Shown here piece after piece: positions 6,431-17,000 of a stretch of 64,000 nucleotides of DNA. Position numbers and translations under genes: made by a program. The stretch lies in NCBI GenBank assembly GCA_044375895.1, contig JBILLV010000012.1, positions 2,826-66,825 of the forward strand, in the 5' to 3' direction. The stretch is from Polyangiales bacterium (GTDB lineage Bacteria > Myxococcota_A > Polyangia > Polyangiales > Ga0077539). Numbering within the stretch: position 1 is the stretch's first letter; each line of letters starts with the position of its first letter. The notes under the pieces are model-generated. The model was not told the DNA's origin. It worked only from the letters and a program-made list of their open reading frames with translations, and made no database searches.

Positions 6431-8088
6431 CGCGCGGCCTCCGTGGGAAAGAGGGCCTGCGCGAGGCGGGCGGCCATGCGGGGGAAGTCGGCGAGGTCGG
6501 CGACCGGGACCACCGACGCGCCCGCAGCGGTGTACTGGCGAACGCGCTCGGGCTTCGGGTGGTGGAGGAGCATCACGAACGCGGGCGGCGTGCGGGCGGC
6601 GGCGGAGAAGATGCGGGCGTGCTCGGGGGCGTCGTGGTTGGCGTCGAAGTCGCGGTCGGTGATGGCGACGCGGAGGGGCTGACGATCGCGCGACTCGTCC
6701 ACGCTGCCGCGGAGGACCTCGAAGGGGAACTCCGTCCCGCCGCCGATGTAGTGCATGAAGAAGCGCGTGATCTCGATCTCCGAGCGGCACCACGCCCAGG
6801 CCGCAGTGACGCCGATGGAGTAGACGAGGCCGCGCACTTCACCGCCCGCGCGCAGGGTCGCGACCGCGAGGATGACGGCCGCGAGCGTCATGGCGTTGAG
6901 CGAGACGATGGGGTTGGGCATCGAGCCGCTGACGTCGAGGTAGATCTCCATGCGCGGCTGCCAGGTGGAGACCTCCAAGCCCTCCCGATCGGCGACGACG
7001 TCCCGACGGAGGGGCGTGACCGCGCCGAGCGTCGCGCCGAGCTGCGCGAGCGTCGCCCGCCAGTCGATGGACTGGAGCGGGTCACCGGGTTCCCAGGGCT
7101 CGGGGGTGGTGGGGACGATGGCTTCGCCGAGGCGACGCTGCGCGGGCGGGCGGAAGAGGAAGCGCTCGGCCTGCTGGCGGTAGTACGCAGCCATGACCTC
7201 GGGGACAGCGCGGGCGTCGGCGGTCTCCTGACCGGGGAGCCCCGAGATGCGGTGTTCGAGGCCCTGCTCGTCACGGACGCGTTGGAGTTCGCGCTCGGAG
7301 AGCCAGCCCTCGCGGGCGGCGCGCTCGATGGCCTCACGCTCCTCCGCGCAGGGGGTGAGCGCGTCGGCGTGCTCGTCGGCCGTGGCGTCACCGCGGGCAC
7401 ACTGCTGCGCGATCATGTGGACGGGGACGTCACCGACGCGCGGCTGGAGGTAGCGCGACACCACGGAGGCGAAGAAGAGGTACTGGGTGAAGAGCGAGGG
7501 GGCGAGCGGGAAGAGGTCTTGCGCGAGGAGCTCGGCGTCGGCGCGGTGGGCGGGGTAGGCGTCGAAGAAGGGTTCGGCGTGGCGGCCGAGGATGGCGCCG
7601 GGTTCGAGGCGCCAGAGGCACTCGTAGGTGCTGAGGCAGAAGAGGAAGGCCGGGTCGCCGCGCCAGTCGACGTCGTGAATGAGCGCCCGATAGATGCGCG
7701 CGAACTCGCCCGAGAACGCCCCCCCGAGGTGCTCGTTGATGAGCAGGTCGGTGAACATGTTGACGAGCGAGTAGGAGCGCCACGGGATGAGCGCGCGCTC
7801 CAACGTGCGGAGGCGAACCTCCGTCGCGAGCGTGGCGGGGTAGCGCACGTGGTGGCCGACCTCGTGGGCGAGGAGCGCTTCGACACAGTCGGTGAGGCCG
7901 TGACGCGCGATCATCGGGCCGTGGAGCGACACCACGCGCGTGCCGAGGTGCACCTGCGCGATGGCTGGGAGGTCGTCGCGCACCTCGGGGTCGCCGAGGA
8001 GGAGGAAGGGCGACCAGCGCGCGAGGGCGCGAGGCCACGCGGCGCGGGCGAGCTCATCGACGGCGGGGGGCGGCGGCGCGGCGGTCAT
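6421..8088 (-). CDS. metallopeptidase-like (HExxH) + von Willebrand A (MIDAS) two-domain protein, DUF2201-like architecture
   Basis: ATG at 8088 (ATGA overlap with the upstream stop). HEVGH at 7852-7866. MIDAS DVSGSM at 6919-6936, followed by GGGTEFP and ITDRDFD vWA strands. Confidence 0.8.
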   Translation of the reverse strand: MTAAPPPPAVDELARAAWPRALARWSPFLLLGDPEVRDDLPAIAQVHLGTRVVSLHGPMIARHGLTDCVEALLAHEVGHHVRYPATLATEVRLRTLERALIPWRSYSLVNMFTDLLINEHLGGAFSGEFARIYRALIHDVDWRGDPAFLFCLSTYECLWRLEPGAILGRHAEPFFDAYPAHRADAELLAQDLFPLAPSLFTQYLFFASVVSRYLQPRVGDVPVHMIAQQCARGDATADEHADALTPCAEEREAIERAAREGWLSERELQRVRDEQGLEHRISGLPGQETADARAVPEVMAAYYRQQAERFLFRPPAQRRLGEAIVPTTPEPWEPGDPLQSIDWRATLAQLGATLGAVTPLRRDVVADREGLEVSTWQPRMEIYLDVSGSMPNPIVSLNAMTLAAVILAVATLRAGGEVRGLVYSIGVTAAWAWCRSEIEITRFFMHYIGGGTEFPFEVLRGSVDESRDRQPLRVAITDRDFDANHDAPEHARIFSAAARTPPAFVMLLHHPKPERVRQYTAAGASVVPVADLADFPRMAARLAQALFPTEAARCP

Positions 8089-8966
8089 GGGCTCTCGATG
8101 ATCCAGAGGCGCTGCGAGTCGACGGCGCTCACGACGGCGAAGCCTCCCGAGGAGACCGCGAAGGTGTGCGGGTCGTGGAGGTGTTCGAGCGCGAGCGCGG
8201 TGCCGTCGACGGTGAGCACGTCGGCGGCGACGGAGGCCACGGGCGCGCTCGTGTCGCGGTGGTCGCGGCCGAGGCACGGGACGGGGCCGAAGAGCTGCGC
8301 CGGAGCGCCCGCGGAGAAGAGGATCGCGAGGTGCGTGGCCTCGCGGCGGTCGTGGACGCACACCACGGAGGGTGCCGCGAGGTGAAGCTCGCCGGGGAGA
8401 AACCCATGGAGGCGAGGTCGGGTGTCGGCGATCGTGGTGGTGAAGGGCCCCTTCCATCGCGCGCCGGGTCGCGACCGAAGCACCGGGGCGAGGAGCGCCG
8501 CGAGGTGGGTGGGGAGCGCGTCGAGGTCGGTGAACGCGGAGACAAACGTGGAGGCGTAGGTGTTGAGCCACGGGGGCTCGCGGAGGATGCCTTCGCCGAG
8601 GTTCCAGAGCGTGGCGAGGTGGTGGGGGCGACGGTCGGGCGCGCACTGCGGGAGGAGCGTCGGCGCGGCGCGGAGGAGGCCCCACGCGAGGAGATCGCGG
8701 GGGCCGTCACCGCCCGTTTGAGCTTCGACACGGGGGAGGTCGAGCAGGCCCGTCCCGATGGCCTCCGCGACGAGGCGGGCGTACGAGCGGAGGAGCGCGG
8801 GGGCGCCGTCCGAGCCCGCGATTCCCTCGGCGAGCTGTGCGCCGGACAGGCTCATCACGGTGCGGAAGACAGCGGCGTCGAAGCGGGCGTGCTGGGAGGC
8901 GGCCTCCGCAGCGACCGCGGCGACGAGGGCGTCCCAGGAGCTCGAGGTGTCGGCCGCGCCGGTCAC
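8085..8966 (-). CDS. hypothetical protein (293 aa), operon member
   Basis: GTG at 8966 (VTGAADTSSSWDAL...), 50 nt downstream of the preceding stop. The protein ends ...SQRLWIIESP. Coding-like composition, no family recognised. Start uncertain. Confidence 0.55.
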   Translation of the reverse strand: MTGAADTSSSWDALVAAVAAEAASQHARFDAAVFRTVMSLSGAQLAEGIAGSDGAPALLRSYARLVAEAIGTGLLDLPRVEAQTGGDGPRDLLAWGLLRAAPTLLPQCAPDRRPHHLATLWNLGEGILREPPWLNTYASTFVSAFTDLDALPTHLAALLAPVLRSRPGARWKGPFTTTIADTRPRLHGFLPGELHLAAPSVVCVHDRREATHLAILFSAGAPAQLFGPVPCLGRDHRDTSAPVASVAADVLTVDGTALALEHLHDPHTFAVSSGGFAVVSAVDSQRLWIIESP

Positions 8967-9016
8967 CCCATCGTTGTCGCACGGGCGGGGGCGCGCGTCC
9001 ACGCGACGGCGAAGAG

Positions 9017-10144
9017 CTATTTCGCGCCGATCGCGCGGAGGACGTCGGGGGCCACGACCTCGCCCGTCGTGAAGGCCCGCTGAAGCTGCTCGACCGCGGT
9101 GAGGTCGTCGCTGCGACCGCAGGCCTGGTGGGCTTCGCGGAGCAGTCGACGCTCGGCGCGCGCGAGACGTCCATCGATGACCGAGGCCACCGCGAGGACG
9201 CGCAGCACGATCGACTGCGCGTCGCGGTCGAGGGCGCCGATCTCCTCGAGGAAGCGGGCGGGGTCGTCGAGCTCGATCACCTCGTGGGCGCCGACGCGAG
9301 CCCGCAGGCACTCGAGGAGCGACACGAGGTTGGGGTGGAGGTCTTGCGTGCGAACCACCGCGCTCGCGACGGCGCGCAGCGAGGTGTTCGCGATGGCGAC
9401 GGGGACGGGCGCGTCGCCCGGGAAGAGCGACGCGGTGAGCTCGCTGGCGGCGCTCGGTCCCATCACGCGAAGGCGTGCCTCGTGGATGATGAACCAGCAC
9501 ACCAGCGCGTCCCAGAGGGCGTTGACGGGGACGGCCACGAGCTCGAGGACGGCCCGCGTCGCCGCCCGCCCGAGCGCCCGCCGCATGACGAACTTCACCA
9601 GCAGGTTGGTGAGCGTGATCTTGAGCTTGTAGAGCAGCGGCGCGACCGTGAGCGTGAAGCGCGACGCCTCGCGCCAGGGGTTGATGCCCGCCACGGTGTC
9701 GGGCGGGTTGGGCATCTCCAGCGCCGCGCGCGCGAGGGCGCTGGCGACTGAGCGGCCCTGGGTCATCTCCTGCGAGGCGAGCTCGAGGCCCGCAGTGCGC
9801 GCGAGCGCCCGCACCGAGCGGAGCCCGTCCCAGAAGAGGAAGGCCACCTCGGCGATGGCCGAGAGCGCGTTGACCGCCACGTAGATGGCCCAGTAGCGGG
9901 CGGGTGCGGTGACGTGCAGGTCGTGGAGGAGAAGCGGGGGCAGCGTGCACACGCCCGCCGCGAGCGCCCCGCAGACGGCCGCGCGCAGCACCACGGCGCG
10001 CTCGATGGCGCGGAGCCCCGCCCGCTCGCGCGCGTTGAGGATGTGGACCGCGTCGTCGCACGGCGCAGCGGCCGCTTCGACGCGCCCCTGCATGTACTGG
10101 ACACCGACGCGTTCGAGGTAGGGGACGGGCTTCGCGTCGCTCAC
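9017..10144 (-). CDS. membrane protein with C-terminal TerB-like module
   Basis: GTG at 10144 (GTGA overlap with the aminotransferase stop); ATG at 10159 is also possible. Two hydrophobic spans (AVVLRAAVCGALAAGVCTLPPLLL; YWAIYVAVNALSAIAEVAFLFW). The C-terminal LRVLAVASVIDGRLARAERRLLREA resembles the TerB a.aDG.l...E..ll pattern. Confidence 0.6.
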   Translation of the reverse strand: MSDAKPVPYLERVGVQYMQGRVEAAAAPCDDAVHILNARERAGLRAIERAVVLRAAVCGALAAGVCTLPPLLLHDLHVTAPARYWAIYVAVNALSAIAEVAFLFWDGLRSVRALARTAGLELASQEMTQGRSVASALARAALEMPNPPDTVAGINPWREASRFTLTVAPLLYKLKITLTNLLVKFVMRRALGRAATRAVLELVAVPVNALWDALVCWFIIHEARLRVMGPSAASELTASLFPGDAPVPVAIANTSLRAVASAVVRTQDLHPNLVSLLECLRARVGAHEVIELDDPARFLEEIGALDRDAQSIVLRVLAVASVIDGRLARAERRLLREAHQACGRSDDLTAVEQLQRAFTTGEVVAPDVLRAIGAK

Positions 10145-11025
10145 GGGGCGGCCTCCCAAGGCATCGGTCCCGCGCCGAAGGGCGTCTCCGCGCGGTAGGC
10201 CCGATGGATGGCGCGGGTCACCGGTCCCGGCGTGCCCGTGCCCACCTCGTGGTCGTCGACGGCCACCACGGGGACGAGCTCGCGCACGCTCGACGTGAGG
10301 AACACCTCATCGGCCGTCCACACATCCGCGAGGGTCACGCGCCCCTCCGACGCCTGGAAGCCCGCCGCCCGCGCCGCCCGGAGCGTGAAGGCGCGGGTGA
10401 CGCCCGGGAGCGCGCCGCCATCGAGCGAAGGTGTCCGCACCGATCGCCCCGAGACGACGAAGACGTTCGCGGTCGCGGCCTCGATCACCACGTCGCTCGC
10501 GCCGATGAGGAGCGCGTCGTCGAAGCCCTGCGCGCGCGCCTGCTGCATCCACACGACGTTGGCGAGGTAGTTGAGCGTCTTGGCGCCCGCGAGCGGACCG
10601 AGCGAGCCGACCGACACCCCCATCACCCGCACGCCGCGCTCGTAGCGTTCGCGCGGCGGCGGCGCGAGCGGGTGCGCGACGATCATGCGGGTGGGGTTGC
10701 GCGTGTGCTCGGGGGCGACGCCGGGGTCACCGACGCCACGGGTGACGAGCACACGCAGGTGCGCGTCACCGAAGCGCGTGGCGTCGATGAGCTGAGCGAC
10801 CTCCAGGCGGAGCCGCGCGATGGGCACGGGGAGCGTCAGCCCGATGCGTCCGGCCGAAGCGTGGAGCCGACCGAGGTGCTCCTCCAGCGCGAAGGGGATG
10901 TCGCGGTAGGTACGGAGCACCTCGAAGGCGCCGTCGCCGTAGAGGAAGCCGCGGTCGAGCGCGGGCACGAAGGCCTGCGCCGCCGGGACGATCGTTCCGT
11001 TGAGGGAGACGAGCGCGTCGGGCAT
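10141..11025 (-). CDS. class IV (fold type IV) PLP aminotransferase: branched-chain/D-amino-acid aminotransferase or ADC lyase family
   Basis: MPDALVSLNGTIVPAAQAFVPALDRGFLYGDGAFEVLRTY..., EAATANVFVV, LPGVTR. These are typical class IV signatures, and the 294-aa length fits. Confidence 0.85.
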   Translation of the reverse strand: MPDALVSLNGTIVPAAQAFVPALDRGFLYGDGAFEVLRTYRDIPFALEEHLGRLHASAGRIGLTLPVPIARLRLEVAQLIDATRFGDAHLRVLVTRGVGDPGVAPEHTRNPTRMIVAHPLAPPPRERYERGVRVMGVSVGSLGPLAGAKTLNYLANVVWMQQARAQGFDDALLIGASDVVIEAATANVFVVSGRSVRTPSLDGGALPGVTRAFTLRAARAAGFQASEGRVTLADVWTADEVFLTSSVRELVPVVAVDDHEVGTGTPGPVTRAIHRAYRAETPFGAGPMPWEAAP

Positions 11026-11056
11026 GGTGAGGGGTGACGAAGGGGTGAAGGGGGGT

Positions 11057-14000
11057 TCAGCCGCCCTTGAGGCGGGCGAGGAGGGCGGCGGCGTGCGCGT
11101 GGGTCTTGTCGTTCTCCAGCGCGCGCTCGAGCATGCCGATCGCCTTGGGGGCGTCGTTCTGCCGCGAGAGGGTCTCGCCGAGGTAGTAGTACACGTCGGC
11201 CTTCGTGATGCCGGCCGACGCGTCGAGCCGCTGGAGGAGCAGCGCGCGGAAGGTCTTCTGCGCCCGCTCGAGGTCGCCCGTCTTCAGGCACAGGAGCCCG
11301 AGGTCGCGGAGGATCGGCGCGCTGGTCAGGTCGATCTTGAACGCCGCGTCGTACTGCGTGAGCGCCGCTGCGGTGTCGCCCATCGCTTCGAAGGCGCGGC
11401 CGAGGCGGTGCTGCCACTGCGCGAGGTCCTTCGAGCGACGCGTCCCGTACGACGCGATGATGCGCTCGAGGATCGGCACCGCGTCGGACTGGCGGCCCGA
11501 CTCGTTGTAGAGGTCGACGAGCGCGCCGAGGATCTCACGGTCATCGGGCGCGAGCGCCGAGGCCTGCTCCATGTACGCCGCCGCGCGCCCGGGGTCGCCG
11601 AGCTTGTCGCGCGCGATCTCCGCGAGGCTGCGGTACTGCGCCACCTTCGCCTTCGCGTCGGCGAGGAGCGGCACCTCGCGCTCCATCACGGCCGCGAGGG
11701 TGAGCGAGTCGCCCCGCTTCAGCGCCAGCCCCTTGATCTGCTCCAGCGCCCCGCGGCACGTCTCGTCGAAGGCGAGGGCGCGGTGCAGGGCCCGCTCCAT
11801 GCCCGGCTCGTCGTTGAGCCGCTGCCCGAGGATCGCCGCCACATGGAGCGCCGCCTCCGCCGAGGCCGCGCCCGGCGGCGAGCGGTCGAGCGAACGGTTG
11901 AGCATCTCCACCGCGCGCTCCCACTGCCCGTCGGCCTCGGCGAGGCGGGCGAGCGCCGCGAGGGCCCCCGCGTGCTCCGGGTCGCGCTCGAGGACGCGCT
12001 CATAGAGCTCGACCGCCCGCGAGACGTTCTTCAGCTCGCGCTCGTTGAGCTCACCGATGCGGACGAGGGCCGCGAGCTCGCCCGCGCCGTCACCCTCCGC
12101 CGCGCAGTCGTCCGCGCGCCGCTCCAGCAGCTCACCGAGGTCGGCCCAGCGCCGCTCCGTGGTGTAGAGCCGCTCGAGCTCGCGCCCGGCCTCGACGTGG
12201 GTCGGGGTCTCGTCGATCACCTCGCGGAGGTACTCCACCGCGTCGCGGTTGCTCTGGAAGCGAACCTCCGCGAGCTTCGCGAGCCGCAGCCGGGTCGCCG
12301 CGCGCTCCTCGGTGGACACCGCGACATCGAGGCGACCGCGGAGGGCCTCCTCCAGGTCGCGCCAGCGCCCGGCGCCCTCGTAGATGCGCTCCAGGGCCTC
12401 GCGGGCGGGGCCGTCGTTGGGCTCGAAATCGAGCAGCTCGCGGTAGGCCTGCACCGCGCGGTCGGCGTCCGCGATGGGACCCGCGTAGAGCTCGGCCACC
12501 CGACGGCGCATCGACGTCGCCTCCGCGGGGTCGTCGGTGAGCCGCGCGCGGCGCGCGAGGAGGTCGGCCACCTCTTCGTGACGCCCCTGCGCGGTGCGGA
12601 GCCGGGCGAGCGTGTCGAGCGCCACCACGTCGGCGTCGTCGGTGTCGAGCAGCGACGACACGAGCTCCGCCGCCGCGTCCACGTCACCGAGGCGCACCTC
12701 CGCGATCTCCGAGGCCTCGCGGAGCATCCCCTTGCGGGCCTCGGAGTCGAGCTCGAGCTCGGCGCGGCGACGCAGCGTCGCCACGAGGTCGCGCTCGCGG
12801 CCCGGCGCGCGCTGGAGCCCTTCGAGCATCTCGAGGGCCTCGCCGCTCTCGGGCTCGGCGGCGAGGGCGGCCACGAGGCGCTCCTCGGCCCGACGCGCGT
12901 CGCCGATGTGGTTCTGGTACCACCCGGCGGCGCGGAGGTTGAGGGCGGCCGACTCCGTAGGGGCGAGGTCGCCGTGCTGCGCGAGCACGTCTTCCATCAC
13001 ACCCACGAGGCGAGACCACGCCCCGGCGCTGGGCGCCAGACGTTCGACCTCCGCGAGCACGGACTCGTCGCGCGGGTCGAGGCGGAAGGCCAGCACGCTG
13101 GCATCGAACGCGCCCGAGAGGTCGCCGAGGCGGTCTTCACGGAGCCGCGCGAGGTCGCCCAGGAGGCGAACCTTGTCGGTGGACAGGTCGGCCGCCTCGA
13201 CGCGGAGCCCGAGGAGCCACGCGAGCTTGGGGTTGTCATCCACGCGCTGGTAGGCCTGCTCCAGCACGTCGATCACGTCGGCGCGGACGGCGGGCGCCGC
13301 CAGCAGGCGCTCGAGCCCGGCGAGGGCCTGCGGGTGCGAGGGGGTCCGCTCGACGACGTTGCGGTACGCCGGGAGGGCGCCCGCGGGGTCGTGGAAGTGA
13401 CGCTCGCGCGCGTCGCCGATGCGCACCTCGAGGTAGTCGAGGAGCTGCGGGTCGCCGGCGATGGACACGCGCCGCTCGAGCACCTCAACCAGCTCGGTCC
13501 ACTCGCCCGTCTGCACGTAGATGGCGTCCAGGGGTTCGAGCACGGCGTCGTCGTCGCCGGCGATGTCGAGCGCCTTGCGGTAGCTGCGCGTCGCCCGGGC
13601 GCTGTCGCCGAGGTGATGCGCCGCCAGCTCGGCCGCACGCACGGAGAGGTCGCGACCCACGGTGGGGTCGTTGGCGTCCGCCGCCTCGGCTTCGAACACC
13701 GACACGAGCTCGGGCCAGCGGTTGAGGGGAGCGGCCAGGCGCTCGAGCTCGTCGCGGATCGAGCGGTCGTCGGTGCCCTCATGGAGCGCGCGGCGATAGG
13801 CCTCGAAGGCCGAGGCGGGATCGCGCCGACCGGACTCGTGGACCTCGGCGAGGCCGCGGAGCTCGGTGAGACGCGACGCGGGGTCGTCGATCCCCGCGAT
13901 CTTGAGCTCGAGCACGGAGACGAGGTCGCTCCAGCGCGAGGCGTTGCGGAAGATGGGCTCGAGGATCTCGACCGCGGCGGCCCGCTGGTCGGGGTTGTCG

Positions 14001-17000
14001 GCGAGCGCGCGCACCGACGCGATCGCCTGCTCGCTCGACGGGTCGACGGAGAGCACCTCGCGCCAGGTCTCGAGGGCGCCGTCGGGGTCGCCGAGGTGCG
14101 TCGCGAGGAGGTTGCCGAGGCGCAGCAGGAGCGGCGCGCGGGTGCGGTCGTCTTCGGCGAACGCGACCTGCGCGCGGAGGTTCTCCTGCAGATCCGACCA
14201 GAGGGACTGCTGCTGGTAGAGCCGCTCGAGCGCGAGGATCGCCGTCCGATCGGTGGGGGCGTCGTCGAGGCACCGGCGGTAGGCGTCGATCGCCTGCTGC
14301 GGGTCGCGGAGGTCGGTCTCCCAGAGGCGCCCGAGGCGGAGGGCCGTCTCGCGGCGCACCTCGGCGTCACCCTCGATGGAGAGCCGCTGCGAGAGCACGC
14401 CCGCGAGCTCGGCGGCGTCGCCCGCGCTGGTGTAGAGCCCGTCGAGGGCCTCCAGGGCGAAGACGTCCGCGGGGTCGATGTCGAGGGCGCGCCGGAAGGC
14501 GGAGATCGCCAGCGCGGGGTTGCCCAGCATGTCGCGCTGCGAGTCGCCGATGGTGTGGAGCAGGCGCTTGCGGTCCTCGTCATCGAGGGTGCGCGCCACC
14601 TTGCGCTCGAGCACTTCGACGTGGCCCGACCAGTCGGACAGGAGCACGTGGAGGTTCTCGAGCAGGTCGAGCACGTCGAGCTGGCTGTCGTCGAGCGTGA
14701 ACAGTCGGTTGTAGGCGTCGATCGCGGCGCGCGGGTCGTCCCGGTGCTGGTCGTGCGTCTGAGCCACCGCGCGCAGGAGGTCGGTCTTGGTCGCGACGTC
14801 GTCGGTCGCCGCCAGGGCCGTCTCGTACGTCATCACGAGCTTGTCCCAGAGCGTGTGCTCGGCCGCGAGGCGCTCGACGGCCTCCCGCGCCTCGCCGTCG
14901 CCGGCGTCGCCCGCGAAGGCCTGGCTGTAGGCCGCGAAGGCCCCTTCGATGTCCCGCGCACGGGTGTCCTTGATGGCACCGATCTCGCGGAGGAGCTGCG
15001 CCCGATCGACCCGGTCGGTGGTCGCGGCGAGGCGCACCCCGAGGACGGCGACGAGCTTCCGCCAGTCGTCGGTCTCGCGGTAGAGGGGCTCGAGCGTCTC
15101 CACCACCTGGAGGCGCAGCTCGGGCCGGTGGTCAGCGATCTGTTCAAGCGCCGACACCGCGTCGCGGCGATCGCGGCGCTCGTCGAGGATCTCGCGGAAC
15201 GCGTCGACGCCGCCCTGCGGGTCACGGAGGCGCTCCACCCGGAGGCGCCCGAGGCGGTACCGGAGGTTGCACCGCTCGTCGCTCGACACGGCGTCGGCGA
15301 TGCGCTTCTCCAGCAGCTCGGCGAGGTCGGTCCACTGCTCGGTGCGCGCGAGGAGCGCGTCGAGGGCGGTCACCGCGCGGACGTCCGCGGGGTCGACCTC
15401 CAGGATCTCGCGGTAGTCCGCGATCGCCCGCTGCGCGTCGTTGAGGGCCGACTCATCGATCGCGGCGATCTTGAAGAGGTAGCCCTTGCGCGCCTCCACG
15501 TCGTCGGCCCGATCGGCCGCCTCGCGGTAGAGCGCGAGGAGCTCGCGGTGCGCGTTCTCCCGCGTGAGCAGGGCTTCGATGGCGGCGAAGACCTCGTCGC
15601 GCGAGGGGTCGAAGGCCAGCGCGCGGCGGTAGTACGTCCGCGCCCGCGCCGTGTCGCCCACCCGCTCGTCGAAGAGCCGCGCCGTCTGGAACGACAGCTC
15701 CGCCGTCACCTCGTCGTCGCTCGTGGTCTCCTCGAGCGCCGCCGCGTAGATCTCCGCGAGGCGATCCCAGCGGCCGAGGCGCGCGGCGATGCGGGCCATC
15801 GTCGCCCAGGTGTCGCGGTCGCCGAGCTCCTCCCGGAAGACGCGCGCGTAGGTCATGAGCGCGTGGTCGAGGTCGCCGAGGCCCTCTTCGTAGAGCATGC
15901 CGAGGCGCGTGAGCAGCTCCTTGCGGGCGATGACGTCGTCCTCCGCCGCGATCCGCGCTTCGAGGGCGCCGATGAGCTTCGGGTTATCACCCCGCGCGAG
16001 GTAGATGGGCTCGAGCATCGCCGCCGTGCGGGCGCCGTAGCCCTCGCGGCCGCCGAGCGCCTCGAGCGCCTCGACGGTGGGGCCATGGTCCGGCGCCTGA
16101 TCGAGCACCTCACGGAAGTGATCGAGCGCCCGGTCGGCGTCGGCGAGGTGGTCCATCGACACACGACCGAGGCGGTAGTGCAGGTCGGCCCCGTCGGCGT
16201 CGGCGAGGGCGAGCTGCGACTCCAGCAGGTCGGACAGATCGCGCCACCGCGCCTCGGCGGCGTAGATGCGCTCCAGGGCGGTCGCCGCGTCGCGGTCGAA
16301 GCCCATGGCCATGATGGCCTCGTGGGCCTGGGCCGCAGCGGGACGGTCGTTGAGCTCACGCTCCGACACCCCCGCCTGCTTGCGCAGGAGGGCGCGGCGC
16401 GCCTCGTCGGTCGCCGCGAGGTCGGTCTTGCGGCGCAGGACGGCGAGCAGCTCGACGTGCTCCTTGCCCTCTTCGTGGAGGGTCTCGAGCGCGTCGAGCG
16501 CGGGCTCGTGATCGGGTCGCTGGTCGAGCGCCTTCTCGTAGTAGGCCCGCGCCGAGGTGCGGTCGTCGAGGTGGCGGCGCGACAGCTCCGCGACCTTCAT
16601 CAGCACGGAGATCTGCAGCTCGGGGTCGAGCAGCTCGGGGGCCGCGTCCTTGAGTGCGGCGGCGAGGTCGGCGTGCCGCCCCGACGCGCGGGCGAGCGCC
16701 TCCACCTGGTCGATGCGGCGGGCGACATCGGGCTCGGCGAGCGACTCACGCAGCTCACGCGACGCGTAGCCGAAGGCGCGGCCCGGGTCGTTCATCCCGA
16801 TCTCGCACACGTCCGCGGCGCGCGCGAGGGAGCGGCGGCGCTCCTCCGGGTCGTCGGTGTCGGCCGCGATGCGCTCGAGCACCCCGACGAGCTTCTCCCA
16901 CGACTGCTCGGCCTGGAGAACCGGGTCGAGCGCGCGCGCGGCGGCGAGGCCCACGCCCGGCTCACGCTCGGAGAGGAGCGCCTCGAGGGCGGCGCGCGCG

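Noticed and set aside
6124-8385. A 753-aa plus-strand ORF.
   Set aside because: It is antisense to the HExxH+vWA gene and its neighbours. It has extreme Arg/Gly content and no motifs.
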